A DNA stretch of 63,506 nucleotides, filler included, from Octopus bimaculoides (GCF_001194135.2; 4 parts of 4 records of this genome joined end to end with filler, not necessarily neighbours in it), one strand, 5' to 3'; shown: positions 25,055 through 38,372, counted from the whole stretch's first letter. Notes: generated by a model not told the origin, from the letters alone. Translations and numbers: made by a program.

Positions 25055-25861
25055 TGTTTGCTTGTATGCATGTCTATTGCTTTTTTCTATCATTCTATGT
25101 ATATGGGTGTATTGTTTTGTATACTGTGTATATGTGTATTGTTCTGTATACTGTATATGTTTATATGTATTATTGTCTATATATGTATGCTGATATAGTT
25201 GTGTATATAGAAGAGTGGGTATATAGAAGAGGGTATGCTGATATATTTGTGTGTATAGAACACTGGCATGTTCATTAATTGTTCTCTGTATGTCAGCTTA
25301 CCTGAGCAAAATCTCAGGTAAACCAACCAACCCGGTAGGAACTAGATCTGTCACAGTCAAAGGATTTACACACAGCAAACGCCTCTGACTCTCCCTCTCA
25401 TTCGCTCCCTCTCCCCCTCTCTCTCTGTCACTCCCTCTGTCATTGTGGAGAAGTGCTAGTTTGAGTCAATAATATAATCCACAGGCTGGGGGAAAGAACA
25501 TAAAACCAGCCAGTTAAGAAGACACCACTGTTTAAAGTAATTTTACACGATATCATTTAATTTAATTCCATACCATTTCACACGTTTGATACAAACTAGA
25601 AAGATGACTTGGTTTATAAAAAATATCTGCTGGATACTAAAATTACATTTATAAAGGAGGAAAAAAAAAAAGAAACAGAAATATTAAGGATCTGGATCTG
25701 TCAATCCAATAGCTATAACTACCACTACAATCGTACCCATCTCTACTACTACCTACGACAACAACAAAAGCAACAACTACAGTACTACATTAAGTAGAAA
25801 CTAAAGCGAACGAAAACAAGCCAGTGAGGGAGGTGGAGTATTAAACGGGTAACTTATTGGT

Positions 25862-25870
25862 ATGGCTGAG
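25862..25870 (+). CDS. Gene 2 (type II membrane protein), putative first coding exon, Met-Ala-Glu
   Basis: ggtATGGCTGAG|gtaagt: G at -3 and +4, in-frame upstream TAA at 25850, consensus donor, phase 0 matching the 30930 exon. Confidence 0.6.
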
Positions 25871-26529
25871 GTAAGTTATGCTGTGATGTTGTTCTTAACT
25901 CTCTTACATTGAAACCGGCCATATCTGGCCCAAATATTCTATCTGTTTTATGTTGAAACCAGCCAGATCCAGCCTCTCACACCTACCCTATGATGTTATT
26001 CTAAAAATAAATAATCACATCATTGAAATCCCAAAGCTATGAGATAATACATGATTACTTGAAACCAATGTGAACGAATAACCATTACATTTGACTGAGT
26101 AGCCTGAATGCTAAAGGGTTAATGATGCTGTTCCTGTTTGGGTCTACTGATCTCCCCAATGTTCCACTAAACTTACACCCCCCCCCACACACACACCACT
26201 CTCATGTCTTCTGTAATCCATGTCCACTAATTTACCCAGCCACCCTGCACCATCAACGTTCACCACTAAACTTTCAGTCATTGGACTTGTGACCATGTTG
26301 CAACACTGTCACCTAAAAGGGTATAGTCAAATAAATCAACCCGTTACCTATTTTTTTAATTAAATTATTATTTTTTTTTTTTTCATTTTAAAACTTGGTA
26401 CTTATTCTATTGGTCTCGGTTTTGATGAACTACTGTGTTACAGGGATATAAACAAACCAACACCAATTGTCAAGCAGTGGTAACTAACAAATACAACACA
26501 AACACAAAACTACACTCACACACATTATA

Positions 26530-26720
26530 TAATAAATACAATACACACACACACACATATATGATAGGCTTCTTTCAGTTTCCATCAACCAAATCCACTC
26601 TAAGTTTTGAGTTGGCTCAGGGCCAAAGGAGAAGCCACTTGCCCAAGGTGTCATGTAGTGAGACTGAATGCAAGACCACATGGTGTTGGAAAGCAAGCTC
26701 CTCAATCACACAGCCATGCC
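26530..26720 (-). mobile_element. SINE family S2 copy
   Basis: Reverse complement of the 31640 family (ttctttcagtttccatcaaccaaatccactc...ttgcccaaggtg). Related copies at about 27070-27240(+), 35310-35480(-), 39405-39550(+), 52740-52890(-). Confidence 0.7.
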
Positions 26721-27610
26721 TAAAATATCCATCTCAATAGCTACCCACCCTCCTTCCACCCTCATCGTTACCCCACCCCACTCTAACTTCAGGATCCATG
26801 TCCAGTTCTTCTTTATCCCCAACATTTTCTTACATTACCCACAATGCTTAGCTGTAAGATCCAAATTCTTCAGTTAGAACCAGACCTGTTGACTGACAAC
26901 CTCCTTACACACCAAAACTATTCTTCAAATAACTTTTAAGGGAACCACATTTTTGAAAACAGTAAACTGGCAGTATATTTAAGGCATTGTGCAAAATGCT
27001 TAGCGGCATTTCTTCTGACATTTTACATTCTGAGTTCAAATCCCACCAAGGTTAATTTTTATCTTCTAGGCACAAGTGTAGCTGTGTGGCAAAAAAAACT
27101 TGCTTTCCAGGTCACATAATTCCGGGTTCAGTCCCATGGTGTGACATCTGGGACAAATATCTTTTACTATAGCCCCACACTGACTAAAACCTTGTGAGTG
27201 GATTTGGTAGACAGAAACTAAAAGAAGCCTGTTGTGTGTGTGTGTGTGTGTGTGTGAGTTGAGAATATTGAACTAGGTTGTATAGATTGGTGAATTGGTG
27301 TAATGATGGAGGATTGAAAATGATATCAGGATCTAGAGGAAGAAGTTACGTAACTGAGTTTTTTTTATACGAATCTTCTAAATGCCTCAAATATGGCAGT
27401 TTTAGATAAAATAATGAATAGAGGAAACCTTATATTCATTTCAATAACACCTACCACGTGTTAGTTCATCTATCAGTGTGTGTGTGTGTGTGTGTGTGTG
27501 TTTGTGCATATATGTGTGCATGCAGATGTGTGTGTCTGTCTGTCTACCTGACTATCTCTTTACCTATTTATTCATTTATCTGTATGTGTGTGTATCTGTC
27601 TATCTGTCTG

Positions 27611-27641
<31 letters not shown>

Positions 27642-27795
27642 GTTTGTTTGTCTATCAGTCATTTCCACTCAATCCCATTTTTTCTTTCTTTCTTTTTGTA
27701 AATAAGTAAATTTATCATAATGTTCAATTATTGGGTGGGTATGAATAATACCTTAATATATTTAGAGGTGGCTGTAGCAAACTCAATCAATTTAC

Positions 27796-27831
<36 letters not shown>

Positions 27832-28554
27832 TTCATTTTGTGTTATGGCTGAGTTACACTTGTGTATGTTTGCATGTGTAAATTTATGTCAGTGTGCATA
27901 TATGTTTGCATGCATGTATCTATCTAGGTTTGTGTGTGAGCATGTGTTTGTATGTGTGTGCGCGTGTGTGTGTGTGTGTATATGTTTGTATGTGTGTGTG
28001 CATGTGTGTGTGTGTGTGTGTGTTTGTAGATACAGCATGACTGAATGATTAAGAAGTTCGCTTTGTAATGCCAAAGTCCCTGGTTCCATCCCATCTTAGA
28101 TGCCATTTTTTCTATAGCTTTGTGACAGACAATACCTTGTGAGTGAAACTAGGTAGATGGAAACTATAATATAGAAGCTCGATGGGTAGATTGTACCCGT
28201 AATATAAAAGGCACAGCCTTGTCACACTCTGTGTCACATTGATTCTGCTTAAGAGTTATATTTGGAGTACACAAATACCCATGTCGGGAGAGTACTTTGC
28301 TGCTTATATGTTAATTTTTGAGCGGGAAAAAAAAAGATCTTCATTTGTTGCATGATGGAAACACAACATGGGTGGGTGTATGTGTGTGTATGTATGTATA
28401 TGTATATGTGTGTGTGTGTGTGTGTCTGAGTGTGTATGCATGTGTATGTGTGTGTGTATGTGTGTGTATATGTATATATACACACACACAGATAAGATGA
28501 TAATGTTAGTTTATTTATATTTACTCACGTGGTTTTATATATATATATATATAT

Positions 28555-28871
28555 ATATAAGATCGTTGCCAGTGCCCCTGGACTGGTTCTTGTGCGGGTG
28601 ACACATGAGATGCACCATTTTGAGCGTGGCCGTTGCCAGTACCGCCTGACTGGCTCCCGTAGGATTTTCGAGCGAGATCGTTGCCAGTGCCCCTGGACTG
28701 GCTTGTGCGGGTCGCACATAAAAGACACCATTTCGAGCGTGGCCGTTTTCATGCGGGTGACACGTAAAAGCACCCACTACACTCTCTGAGTGGTTGGCGT
28801 TAGGAAGGGCATCCAGCTGTAGAAACTCTGCCAAATTAGACTGGAGCCTGGTGTTGCCATCCAGTTTCACC
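28555..28871 (+). mobile_element. SINE family S3 (internal tandem subrepeats, RTE-like tail)
   Basis: gatcgttgccagtgcccctggactgg occurs twice, then cacccactacactctctgagtggttggcgttaggaagggcatccagctgtagaaac. Tail copies at 36470-36620(-), 37190-37400(-), 37558-37665(+). Confidence 0.7.
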
Positions 28872-29484
28872 NNNNNNNNNNNNNNNNNNNNNNNNNNNNN
28901 NNNNNNNNNNNNNNNNNNNNNNNNNNNNNNNNNNNNNNNNNNNNNNNNNNNNNNNNNNNNNNNNNNNNNNNNNNNNNNNNNNNNNNNNNNNNNNNNNNNN
29001 NNNNNNNNNNNNNNNNNNNNNNNNNNNNNNNNNNNNNNNNNNNNNNNNNNNNNNNNNNNNNNNNNNNNNNNNNNNNNNNNNNNNNNNNNNNNNNNNNNNN
29101 NNNNNNNNNNNNNNNNNNNNNNNNNNNNNNNNNNNNNNNNNNNNNNNNNNNNNNNNNNNNNNNNNNNNNNNNNNNNNNNNNNNNNNNNNNNNNNNNNNNN
29201 NNNNNNNNNNNNNNNNNNNNNNNNNNNNNNNNNNNNNNNNNNNNNNNNNNNNNNNNNNNNNNNNNNNNNNNNNNNNNNNNNNNNNNNNNNNNNNNNNNNN
29301 NNNNNNNNNNNNNNNNNNNNNNNNNNNNNNNNNNNNNNNNNNNNNNNNNNNNNNNNNNNNNNNNNNNNNNNNNNNNNNNNNNNNNNNNNNNNNNNNNNNN
29401 NNNNNNNNNNNNNNNNNNNNNNNNNNNNNNNNNNNNNNNNNNNNNNNNNNNNNNNNNNNNNNNNNNNNNNNNNNNNNNNNNNNN

Positions 29485-29577
<93 letters not shown>

Positions 29578-30929
29578 ATGGGCTTCTTTAACCCTAACCC
29601 TGTCTCTCATTACCCAAATACATTTATCTCCAAAAGTTATTTCTTCTACTGCATTCTTGTTTTTTTTTTTTTCTGCACTTTCTTCTGGTTCTTTCTCAGT
29701 ATGTTGTATCATCTCCACTATTTCTCAATCAGTTGGTTGGTTTGCATGTCTATTCGCTTTTGTCTTTCCAAGATATTTTGGATTCATCATATTCCAAGCA
29801 TACTCAACCAATTCTTTGATCTCAAAACTTAAAATCCTAATAAGTAGGTTCAGTTCAGTTTTTTCCTTGTCTTGGAAGTTTTAAGCTTGGTTACATTTTA
29901 ACATAGTCTCAATGCAGTGTGCTTTTCTCGATTTTATTCTCAGCAAACACTAGTGACCACATCATGTCTTCATGAGATCTTTGGGAAGTTTCTCATTACT
30001 CAGTGAAACAAAGAAACGTCACATGACCTTCAATCTATATTTAGATTTCATTGATTGTAATACATTCTACTCATACTTAGCTACTTGTTATAAAAAATAT
30101 TTCACACTTTGTGTCAAGGTTAAAAGATTTACAATATCCTCTGACTTCACATAGGAAGAAATCTTCAAAGTATTGAAGAAAAATTTTAGTTTTTACCCCC
30201 CCCCCCACACACCACCATTTTTATTACCACACTAGATAAGTGTAAGTGTCCTCATACCCTTAAACCCTTATTATTTTCACCATTTACCATTAGCTTGGTT
30301 TTGTTATTCCTGCAGCCAAGAACTGTTACCCTGCCTTTGAGAATTTTATCCACAGACAAAACCCGTTCAGTTTCTTTGGCAACGGTCTTTACAACACCAA
30401 AATATGACAGGCTTCAGTATTGTACGTTGCAGCATAAACGAACGCTGAGGATGGTAGAAACATCTGACTTAGAGCTGCAGCATCTGACTCAACAAAGCTC
30501 ATGCTGTTGCGTGGGAATTTTCTTACCTGTATCAGTGGGTATCCTCAGGCAGCTCTGGTGTCATGGTAGAAGTGCCAAGACTCATACAGAGCTACCTCAC
30601 TACCTGATAAGATGTCAACTCCTATATACAAAGACAGAGTACAGCAGCACCCTCAGCATTCACATGCTTATTCTAAATATAATAGAATAAAAACAAAAAT
30701 TTAACAAAGGTTTAAACTTTTCTGACTTTGAATTTCAGCAAAAACCTTAAATATTTGTTCTTCTGGCTACTTCAACTCCAATGCATTTGATTATCCAAGC
30801 TCATAGTACTCATCGAATCTTTGTAAATGTGCCATGGTGGTGGTAGTTTTGGTAATGATGATGATGATTTTGATGATGTTGATGATTGAATTTTTCTTTA
30901 CCATTTCTTCCTTCTTTTTCTTTTGGCAG

Positions 30930-31200
30930 TATTCAAACGCAACTGACAAAGAATGGGGCCCGCAATACGACAACTTGGCTTATCAGCCAGAACTGGTGAG
31001 TCGGCTGCAGCGCACGTGGCCAAACTCACAGAAGCAAACATTATTTTCTGGAGAGAGTAACAATGATTGGGATAACATGCCTCCAGATTATTCTCCCAAC
31101 ACCCGCAATTGCAAGAGGTTTCTAGTAATCTTTGGAGTTCTACTTCTGATTATAGGTGTTGCAGCTGGAATTGTTGTGGCCATTTATTTTTCTAGTCAAG
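30930..31200 (+). CDS. Gene 2 exon: cytoplasmic tail plus single transmembrane helix (type II signal anchor)
   Basis: ttttggcag|TAT...CAAG|gtaagt; 271 nt, phase 0 to 1. Reads YSNATDKEWGPQYDNLAYQPELVSRLQRTWPNSQKQTLFSGESNNDWDNMPPDYSPNTRNCKR-FLVIFGVLLLIIGVAAGIVVAIYF-SSQ. Basic residues precede a 24-residue hydrophobic stretch. Confidence 0.88.
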
Positions 31201-31639
31201 GTAAGTTACTTTTCTTCCATAATATGGTTAGTTCAATTGACAGATTTGTTTGGACGTTGGACAAAATGCATTACTGTATTTTTGGGGCAGTCTCTACATT
31301 CTGATCCTGTTGAGGTGGAATTTTTTTTTTTTTTTGTCCTTCAAGACCTGAGAAACTAAAGTACCACTCAGGTACTGGAGTGCAAGTAATCAGCTAGAAC
31401 AGCACTCTAACAAAATTGCTATTGTGTCTAAATTAGAAACAACTAGTGAGACCTGTAAATATTTCATGGAATTAATGGTAAACTTATTGAGTTATTTCCG
31501 AAAACTTTAGCCAAAAGACCTGGAAGCATAGTCTATGTTGTGTCTGTATCAAAAGATAATCACTCATTTGCTAATCATTGAAAAGTAAAGGAAATTGGAA
31601 TACGATAATTACTTAATGCATTATATATATATATACATA

Positions 31640-32037
31640 GGCACAGGAGTGGCTGTGTGGTAAGTAGCTTGCTTACCAACCACATGGTTCTGGGTTCAGT
31701 CCCACTGCGTGGCACCTTGGGCAAATGTCTTCTACTATAGTCTCGGGCCGACCAAAGCCTTGTGAGTGGATTTGATAGACCGAAACTGAAAGAAGCCCAT
31801 CGTATATATGTATATATATATATATATTTGTGTGTCTGTGTTTGTCTCCCCAGCTTCGCTTGACGACCGATGCTGGTGTGTTTGCGTCCCCATAACTTGG
31901 CGGTTCGGCAAAAAGTATAAGTACTAGAATAAGTACTAAGCTTACAAAGAATAAGTCCTGGGGTCGAGTTGCTCGACTAAAGGCAGTGCCCTAGCATGGT
32001 CGCAGTCAAATGACTGAAACAAGTAAAAGAATAAAAA
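31640..32037 (+). mobile_element. Full-length SINE family S2
   Basis: ggcacaggagtggctgtgtggtaagtagcttgcttaccaaccacatggttctgggttcagtcccactgcgtggcaccttgggc tRNA-like head, central (TA)/(TG) run, tail ending gactgaaacaagtaaaagaataaaaag. Confidence 0.8.
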
Positions 32038-33404
32038 GAGGATACACTCCATATACTTTATGCACAATTTTATAGACTCAATACACAGCAGTCTCCTTCT
32101 TTCTCTCTCACTCTTCACCTTATCCTCTTTTTCTCTCTCCTTTCTCTTTCACTCTTCGCCTTTCCCGTCAACTAATCAAATGCAAGCGTTACAGACAGGC
32201 TATGAAATGGAGGAAAAAGAACTTAGTTCAAAAAGTAAATTACACATTTCACTCACCACCACTTCTCCCACCCCCTCTCCCCTCTCCCCTCCCTGTTAGG
32301 AATGTCCCCTGTCTACTAACAGTTGTAATAAACATCTGCCAAGAGAGGGAAAATATGTCTTTTTAAATGATTCTCAGAGAGTGGACCATCCAAACCAGGT
32401 GATTTGTCCCTCACACAACAACTAATCACCAAACAATATCAATTCTCATCATTATGATGATGAGAAGGTGGCAAGCTGGAAGAATTGCAAACTACTTTCC
32501 CTGCTTAGTGATCTTCATACACAAAGTATTGAATACGCAAAGTATTGAAGACATGAAAATAGCATGCTTTTCTGCATGTAAAAAAATGAAAATATCACCT
32601 GTTCTATGCATAACAATTCAACATTTGTATGTGGGACATATTGTGTAACTCTTTCAGCAAGCAATCAATTCCTGTTGTACTGGTGACTAATCATATTTAC
32701 GAAAATTTTAGTTTATGCATTGTAACAATGCATCCTGATTTCAGTTGTGTGAATAAGCGGTATTGACATCATGCTAATTCAGCTTCTAATAAACTAATAA
32801 ACTATTCACACTCAATTCATAAATAATTTTACCTTCATTTGTACATAAAAATTTTCACTAATTTTTTATATGTGAATGATAATATCTTTTATAAGCTTAA
32901 AGCTTATAAGCGGTCACTGTGTATTGTCTAGTATTGGGGCAATAAGCCTTCAATGGAAAAAAGTGGGTTCGAGTAGCATGCATATAGAAAATCCCCTTTT
33001 TCCATTGAGGGTCTATATGCCCCAATACTAAACTATTTTCTTTAGTCAATACACGGTGACCATTTATATTCAAATCCTACCCAAGTGTATCCATTGTTTT
33101 CTAGGACACTTAAGCAACATTTAGCTACTTTGGAATTATTCTCTCAGATCCTTCCTATATATTGTATATTTATATATATATATATATACTTTATATATAT
33201 GTACTGGGGAACCTTGGTTTACAAATCTAATTTGTTCCTGATTGCCTTTTACATATATACATATGCATGCATACACATATATATAAATATCTTTATATAT
33301 TTGTTCATAGAAAAACATGTAATCGTTACCAATATAGCAAGAGATTTCACCGCAAAAGGTCTAAATTAGACTCCTTAAGGATCATTCTCCTTGGTTATAT
33401 ATCC

Positions 33405-33615
33405 AAAGTTTTAAATTTAAAAGAGAGTTTTGACGCTAATATCCATTATTATTGAAATGAGAGATTTAGAAATATTATATTTCTAATTTTGCAAATTATA
33501 TGTTTGACTTAAATTTGACAGTCAAATATAGCCTTATACAGAAATGTTGACATAGGAATAAATTTCAATAATAATGGATATTAGCGTCAAAACTCTCTTT
33601 TAAATTTAAAACTTT
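33405..33615. mobile_element. MITE-like element with perfect 54-bp terminal inverted repeats
   Basis: 33405-33458 is the exact reverse complement of 33562-33615. Confidence 0.75.
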
Positions 33616-33769
33616 AAATAACTTTATACATATATATGCATACATATATAAGTGCTCTATTTATATATGTACAGTTCCTGATAATATGAAGTGCGCTAAT
33701 CTGTGTCCATTGTATTTTACTTTGAATAAATGGATTTAGGGTCGATATATAATCAGTGATGTGGCCTTA

Positions 33770-33950
33770 CATATTGCATGTACCCTTATATACCAGATGT
33801 AACCCTACGTTCTGCTTGTACTCTTGTGTACTGGCTGTACACTTATATACTGGTTGTATCCTATAAACTATTTGTACCCTTATGTTCTGGAAGTACATTT
33901 ACATACTGGTTGTACTTTTATATACAAGTTGTACCCTAATAAACTGGTGG
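33770..33950. repeat. Degenerate ~19-20-bp minisatellite (tatactggttgtaccct-like), about 9 units
   Basis: Recurrent gtac-containing units at roughly 20-bp spacing. Confidence 0.65.
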
Positions 33951-35839
33951 TCAGCTAATTTTCTGTTTGTTCCCTTAGGTACTAGTTTCCTTATTATTAT
34001 AGGCCAAACATGGTGCCTGTGAGTGTTTTTAAAATAGGTGCTATTTTGGTTTTAGCGATTTTATGGAGTTGTTGTGTGTGTGTTGTAGAAGTGGAATTTT
34101 AAGTGCTTTTATTTTTTGTTTATGTGGTATGTCTATCATGGTGCTCAGCCCTCTCACACCCTGATTCAACTTGACTCAGAGTGACACTCTCAATCAGCCT
34201 GGTTCAGGGTCTATGATCAAAAGTGTTCCGGCTATGACCACACTGTTCATTTTCTGCCACCATGGCCTTCCTTTTAAATTTTTCAAATGGCAGGGTGTGG
34301 TCTCACAAAGACTTGGCATCTATTTATAGCAGATCTGTTTATATTCATTGAGTTTGATAGCCGATTGTATATATGCTGTTCTTTAGTGTTGCTAGTATCC
34401 GGTTGTAGGGTTGGTAGCTGTACCTGCCCTGCTACATTTTAAAAACATGTTTTAGAGCCAAAGCTACAAATCTCACATGACCAACTCAGAGAAGAACAAA
34501 AAGGCAAAGAGACCAGTGAGGTTTCTTATACAATGGCTACCAGAGTAAATTTCTTGAAAACTTTGCACAACTCTTATAATCTCAAAAAACTACCAACTGA
34601 TTCATATTTCATATATACATACCTTTGTATGTTTATTTTTTAGGTCAGGAATGTACACTATCCAGACTTGGGTTCATGTAATGTTAGATTGTTGATGATT
34701 GCCACTCGATCCCTTTGCTCTTCCTGGTTGACATAGTTGTTGTAGAATTTAGTATTGGGTACAGTGAAGCATAAAGGCAACGGCAGGCAGCAGTAGTGAT
34801 GATGGTTATAGTCATGGCTTGAAGATAGTAGTAATAATGTTAGTGGTGATGACACTGGTGATATTTGTGGTGCGTGGGGGACAGAGAAAACTTATATGCT
34901 TGAAATAGCAAGGTATCGACTAACTCTTTTCCCTCAAAATTGCTGGCCTTAACATAAATTAAAAAAACAATTATTGAAAACACCCATATACACAAACTCT
35001 CTTTTTCTCCCCTTCTCTTTCTTTCTCTCCATACATTCAACAGTTGTCATTCACACACAACCCATTAGCAGCTGCTCTGGAAGTTATGCCTTCCAGAGTA
35101 TTGAGTAACAATAATCTTGTTTGCAATAGGATGTACCTTTGGTTGAACCAATATTTAAATCTGGTTTCAAAATTATAGCCTTATTATTACAGTTCTTTAC
35201 AGTAAGAATTTTATTTCATGTTTCAATCATATCAGTGCAATGTATAAGCAGAAGTTATGAAAGTGATACCCACAACTATCACACAAAGTTAATTCAAGAA
35301 GACATTAACACACATACACACACACGTTTCGTCCAGTTTCTGCCTACCAAATCCACTCACAAGGCTTTGGTTGTCCTGGAGTTATAATAGAAGACATTTG
35401 TCCAAGATGTCATGCAGTGGCACTGAACCCAGAACCATGGGACTGAGAAGCAAACTATTATATTTACCATACAGTTTACACCTGCATGGAATATTTTTTT
35501 TTACAAAAACGAACTCAACCAGAGGAGGTTAAACTATCTACAATCTTATTTTATGCCATCTAATTGACATTTTATTTTTGGATAAACATAATTTTGTATT
35601 CTGAGGTAGTTCTCATCTGATTGTCAATGTTGACAACTGTAGCTTCCTTGTACTTAAAGTTTGTCTCATTGAGATCCTGTACTTGAACCTACATTAAGAA
35701 GGCCAAAGTGAGCCAGAAACAAAATAAGATATGTTGTAAGTCAACTGAATCACAAAATAGTTTTACTTCTCTTTGCTATGATCTTGTTTTAAAGCAAAGT
35801 TTCTGAAAAATTCAATGGTAAACTATTATTCAACAATAA

Positions 35840-36050
35840 TTCCGTCTACTATAGGCAAAAGGCCTGAAATTTTGGAGGAGAGAGCAAATGAACCACATCA
35901 TCCCCAGTACTTAACTGGTCTTATTTTATTGACCCTGGAAGGGTGAAATGTAAAGTTGATCTTGGCAGGATTTGAACTCAGAATGTAAAGCTAGAAGAAA
36001 TGCTGCTCAGCATTTTACCGAGTATGCTGATGATTCTGCTAGCTTGTCCC
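35840..36050 (-). mobile_element. S1 SINE copy (another at about 36940-37110, minus)
   Basis: Reverse complement of the S1 consensus. Confidence 0.7.
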
Positions 36051-37812
36051 CATTTACTGTTCAATAAGAATAATAATAATAATAATAATAATAATAGTTA
36101 ATACAACACCTAATTCTGCACATATGAAATGAGCAACATTTACCATATGATCCCTTCAAAGTATAGATTGCGTGAGTTTAAGATTGAAGAGAGATTTCTC
36201 TCTTTTGAAAGTGCTCATGAGAAAACACGTTTTCAGATTTCAAACCTGATAGAGGAGGAATAGCGTTCCATTGAACAATTGTCGAGGTGAAATATGTGAC
36301 AAGGGTGCCAAGATGACAGCCAGCTAGAAGGGAATACAAAAGAATATTTCTTAATGAAAATAAATCACACTATTTTTTCATCCTGTGAATGTCATACACT
36401 GAATTGGTGTGGTACAGATTAAACAGAATGCTTTATGAAAGCAGTTAAGTACTACGGAAAATCATCATCATCATCGTTTAACGTCCGCTTTCCATGCTAG
36501 CATGGGTTGGACGATTTGACTGAGAACTGGTGAAACTAGATGGCAAAACCAGGCTCCAATCTGATTTGGCAGAATTTCTACAGCTGGATGCCCTTTCTAA
36601 CGCCAACCACTCAGAGAGTGTATATTTTTTCTTGTAGTCCAAACTAATGGCAAATCCTTCTTATACAAATAGTCAATGATTGCTTCATAAGTCAGCCATA
36701 CTACTGGATATTCAGAAATTTAATCTGATTTCAAAGACTAGAAGTGAAGTTAGAGATATTAAATCCATGTTCTATTTCATATTTGATCTGAAATTGCAGG
36801 AAGCGCTGTCATGGGCAACAGCATCAAATTCACCCCTTCACCAGAATGCAACTTTTGAAACAGTGTCAGTTGCACAGGTGATGCTTCAGCACAATTACAA
36901 CCTTGAGCTGAAGCTTGTAAAAGAATATAATATAATTCTGTATTTTGAGGGGAGGGGTCAAGCTGATTACATTGATCCCTAGTGCTTGACCGGTACTTTA
37001 TTTTATTGACCACCAAAGGATGAAAGGCAAAGTTGACCTCAGCAGCATTTGAACACAAATCATAAAGAAATGTTATGCATTTTCTCCTGTGTGGTAACGA
37101 TTCTGCCAGCTTACAATCTTGTAAAAGAATATAATATAATATTATATAATATATAATATAGCTACATACATATGCACACATACACACACATCATCATCAT
37201 CATCATCATCATCATTGTTTAACGTCCGCTTTCCATGCTAGCATGGGTTGGACGATCTGACTGGGGACCAGTGAAACCAGATGGCTNNNNNNNNNNGACG
37301 ATCTGACTGGGGACCAGTGAAACCAGATGGCTACACCAGGCTCCAATCTGATTTGGCAGAGTTTCTACAGCTGGATGCCCTTCCTAACACCAACCACTCA
37401 GTGTGTGGTTGTGTGTGTGTTTATATTTGTGTAGACCTTTGCATGAAGTTGTGTCCCTGGGCTCACAAAAATGTTGAACCTTTCAATACATAAATAAAAA
37501 AAAAAAATACACTAGACTGAAATAATTGTCTTGTGAGCATTATTCCACTACAGTTAAATCAGACTGGAGCCTGGTGTTGCCATCCGGTTTCACCAGTCCT
37601 CAGTCAAATCGTCCAACCCATGCTAGCATGGAAAGCGGACGTTAAACGATGATGATGATGATGATGAGTTGCAGTCCAATGCTGGAAACCAATAAATGAA
37701 TAATATAAATGATTAAGAAATACACTGATGCTAATTTCTAATCTAATGATTCATAATAGTTTTTCTATGCATAAAACTCCTTGTTAACAGAATACTAGGC
37801 TTCTTTAAACTG

Positions 37813-37856
37813 AACTAATCTGATGAGGTCTAATAGATTGAAACATGTCTATAGTT
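37813..37856 (+). ncRNA. Type I hammerhead ribozyme motif, degenerate stem I
   Basis: aactaat CTGATGA GGTC taata GATT GAAA CATG T C tatagtt. Core intact, palindromic stem III ACATGT, GUC triplet. The two stem I pairs nearest the core are mismatched. Confidence 0.5.
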
Positions 37857-38177
37857 GTCTTTCAGTTGCAATTTCAGATTTTCTTATTTCTAAGCAAGTT
37901 GACAGATTAACTCTGGATTTCTTGAAATTATTGTCCTTAATGCTTGACAGTTGATTACAATGGATGTTAGGTTTTTGCTTACTTTCCCCCACTAAAGGCA
38001 AATTTGAATTAAGTATATTCTAATGTATTTCAGTACAAAACCCTTTAGCTTCAGTCAAAAAGGTCTTATTGCTGTTTATCTTCATTTATATTCAGCTCAG
38101 TAAAGAAAAAATGAAAAAGAAAGAAAGAAAATGTATTGATAAGAATATAAGCATAAACATATGCCCACACACGCATG

Positions 38178-38212
<35 letters not shown>

Positions 38213-38341
38213 ACACTCACACACACACACAAACACACACACTCACACACACACACACACACACTTCCCAACATTTAAGAAAGAGAGAAAATACAAATGC
38301 ATGAATACATTGATATACAAGATGAAAATCTGAAAATAGGT

Positions 38342-38372
<31 letters not shown>

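Noticed and set aside
30834-30929. N-terminal extension MVVVVLVMMM... of the 156-aa ORF
   Set aside because: It is intronic (GAT)n and pyrimidine tract upstream of the ggcag acceptor.
30996-31001. Internal consensus donor GTGAGT that would skip the TM helix
   Set aside because: Phase 0, out of frame with the downstream phase-1 exons. No supporting partner exon seen.
36800-36877. Candidate exon EALSWATASNSPLHQNATFETVSVAQ
   Set aside because: Open only in phase 0 (stop in phase 1), weak pyrimidine tract and donor, flanked by SINEs.
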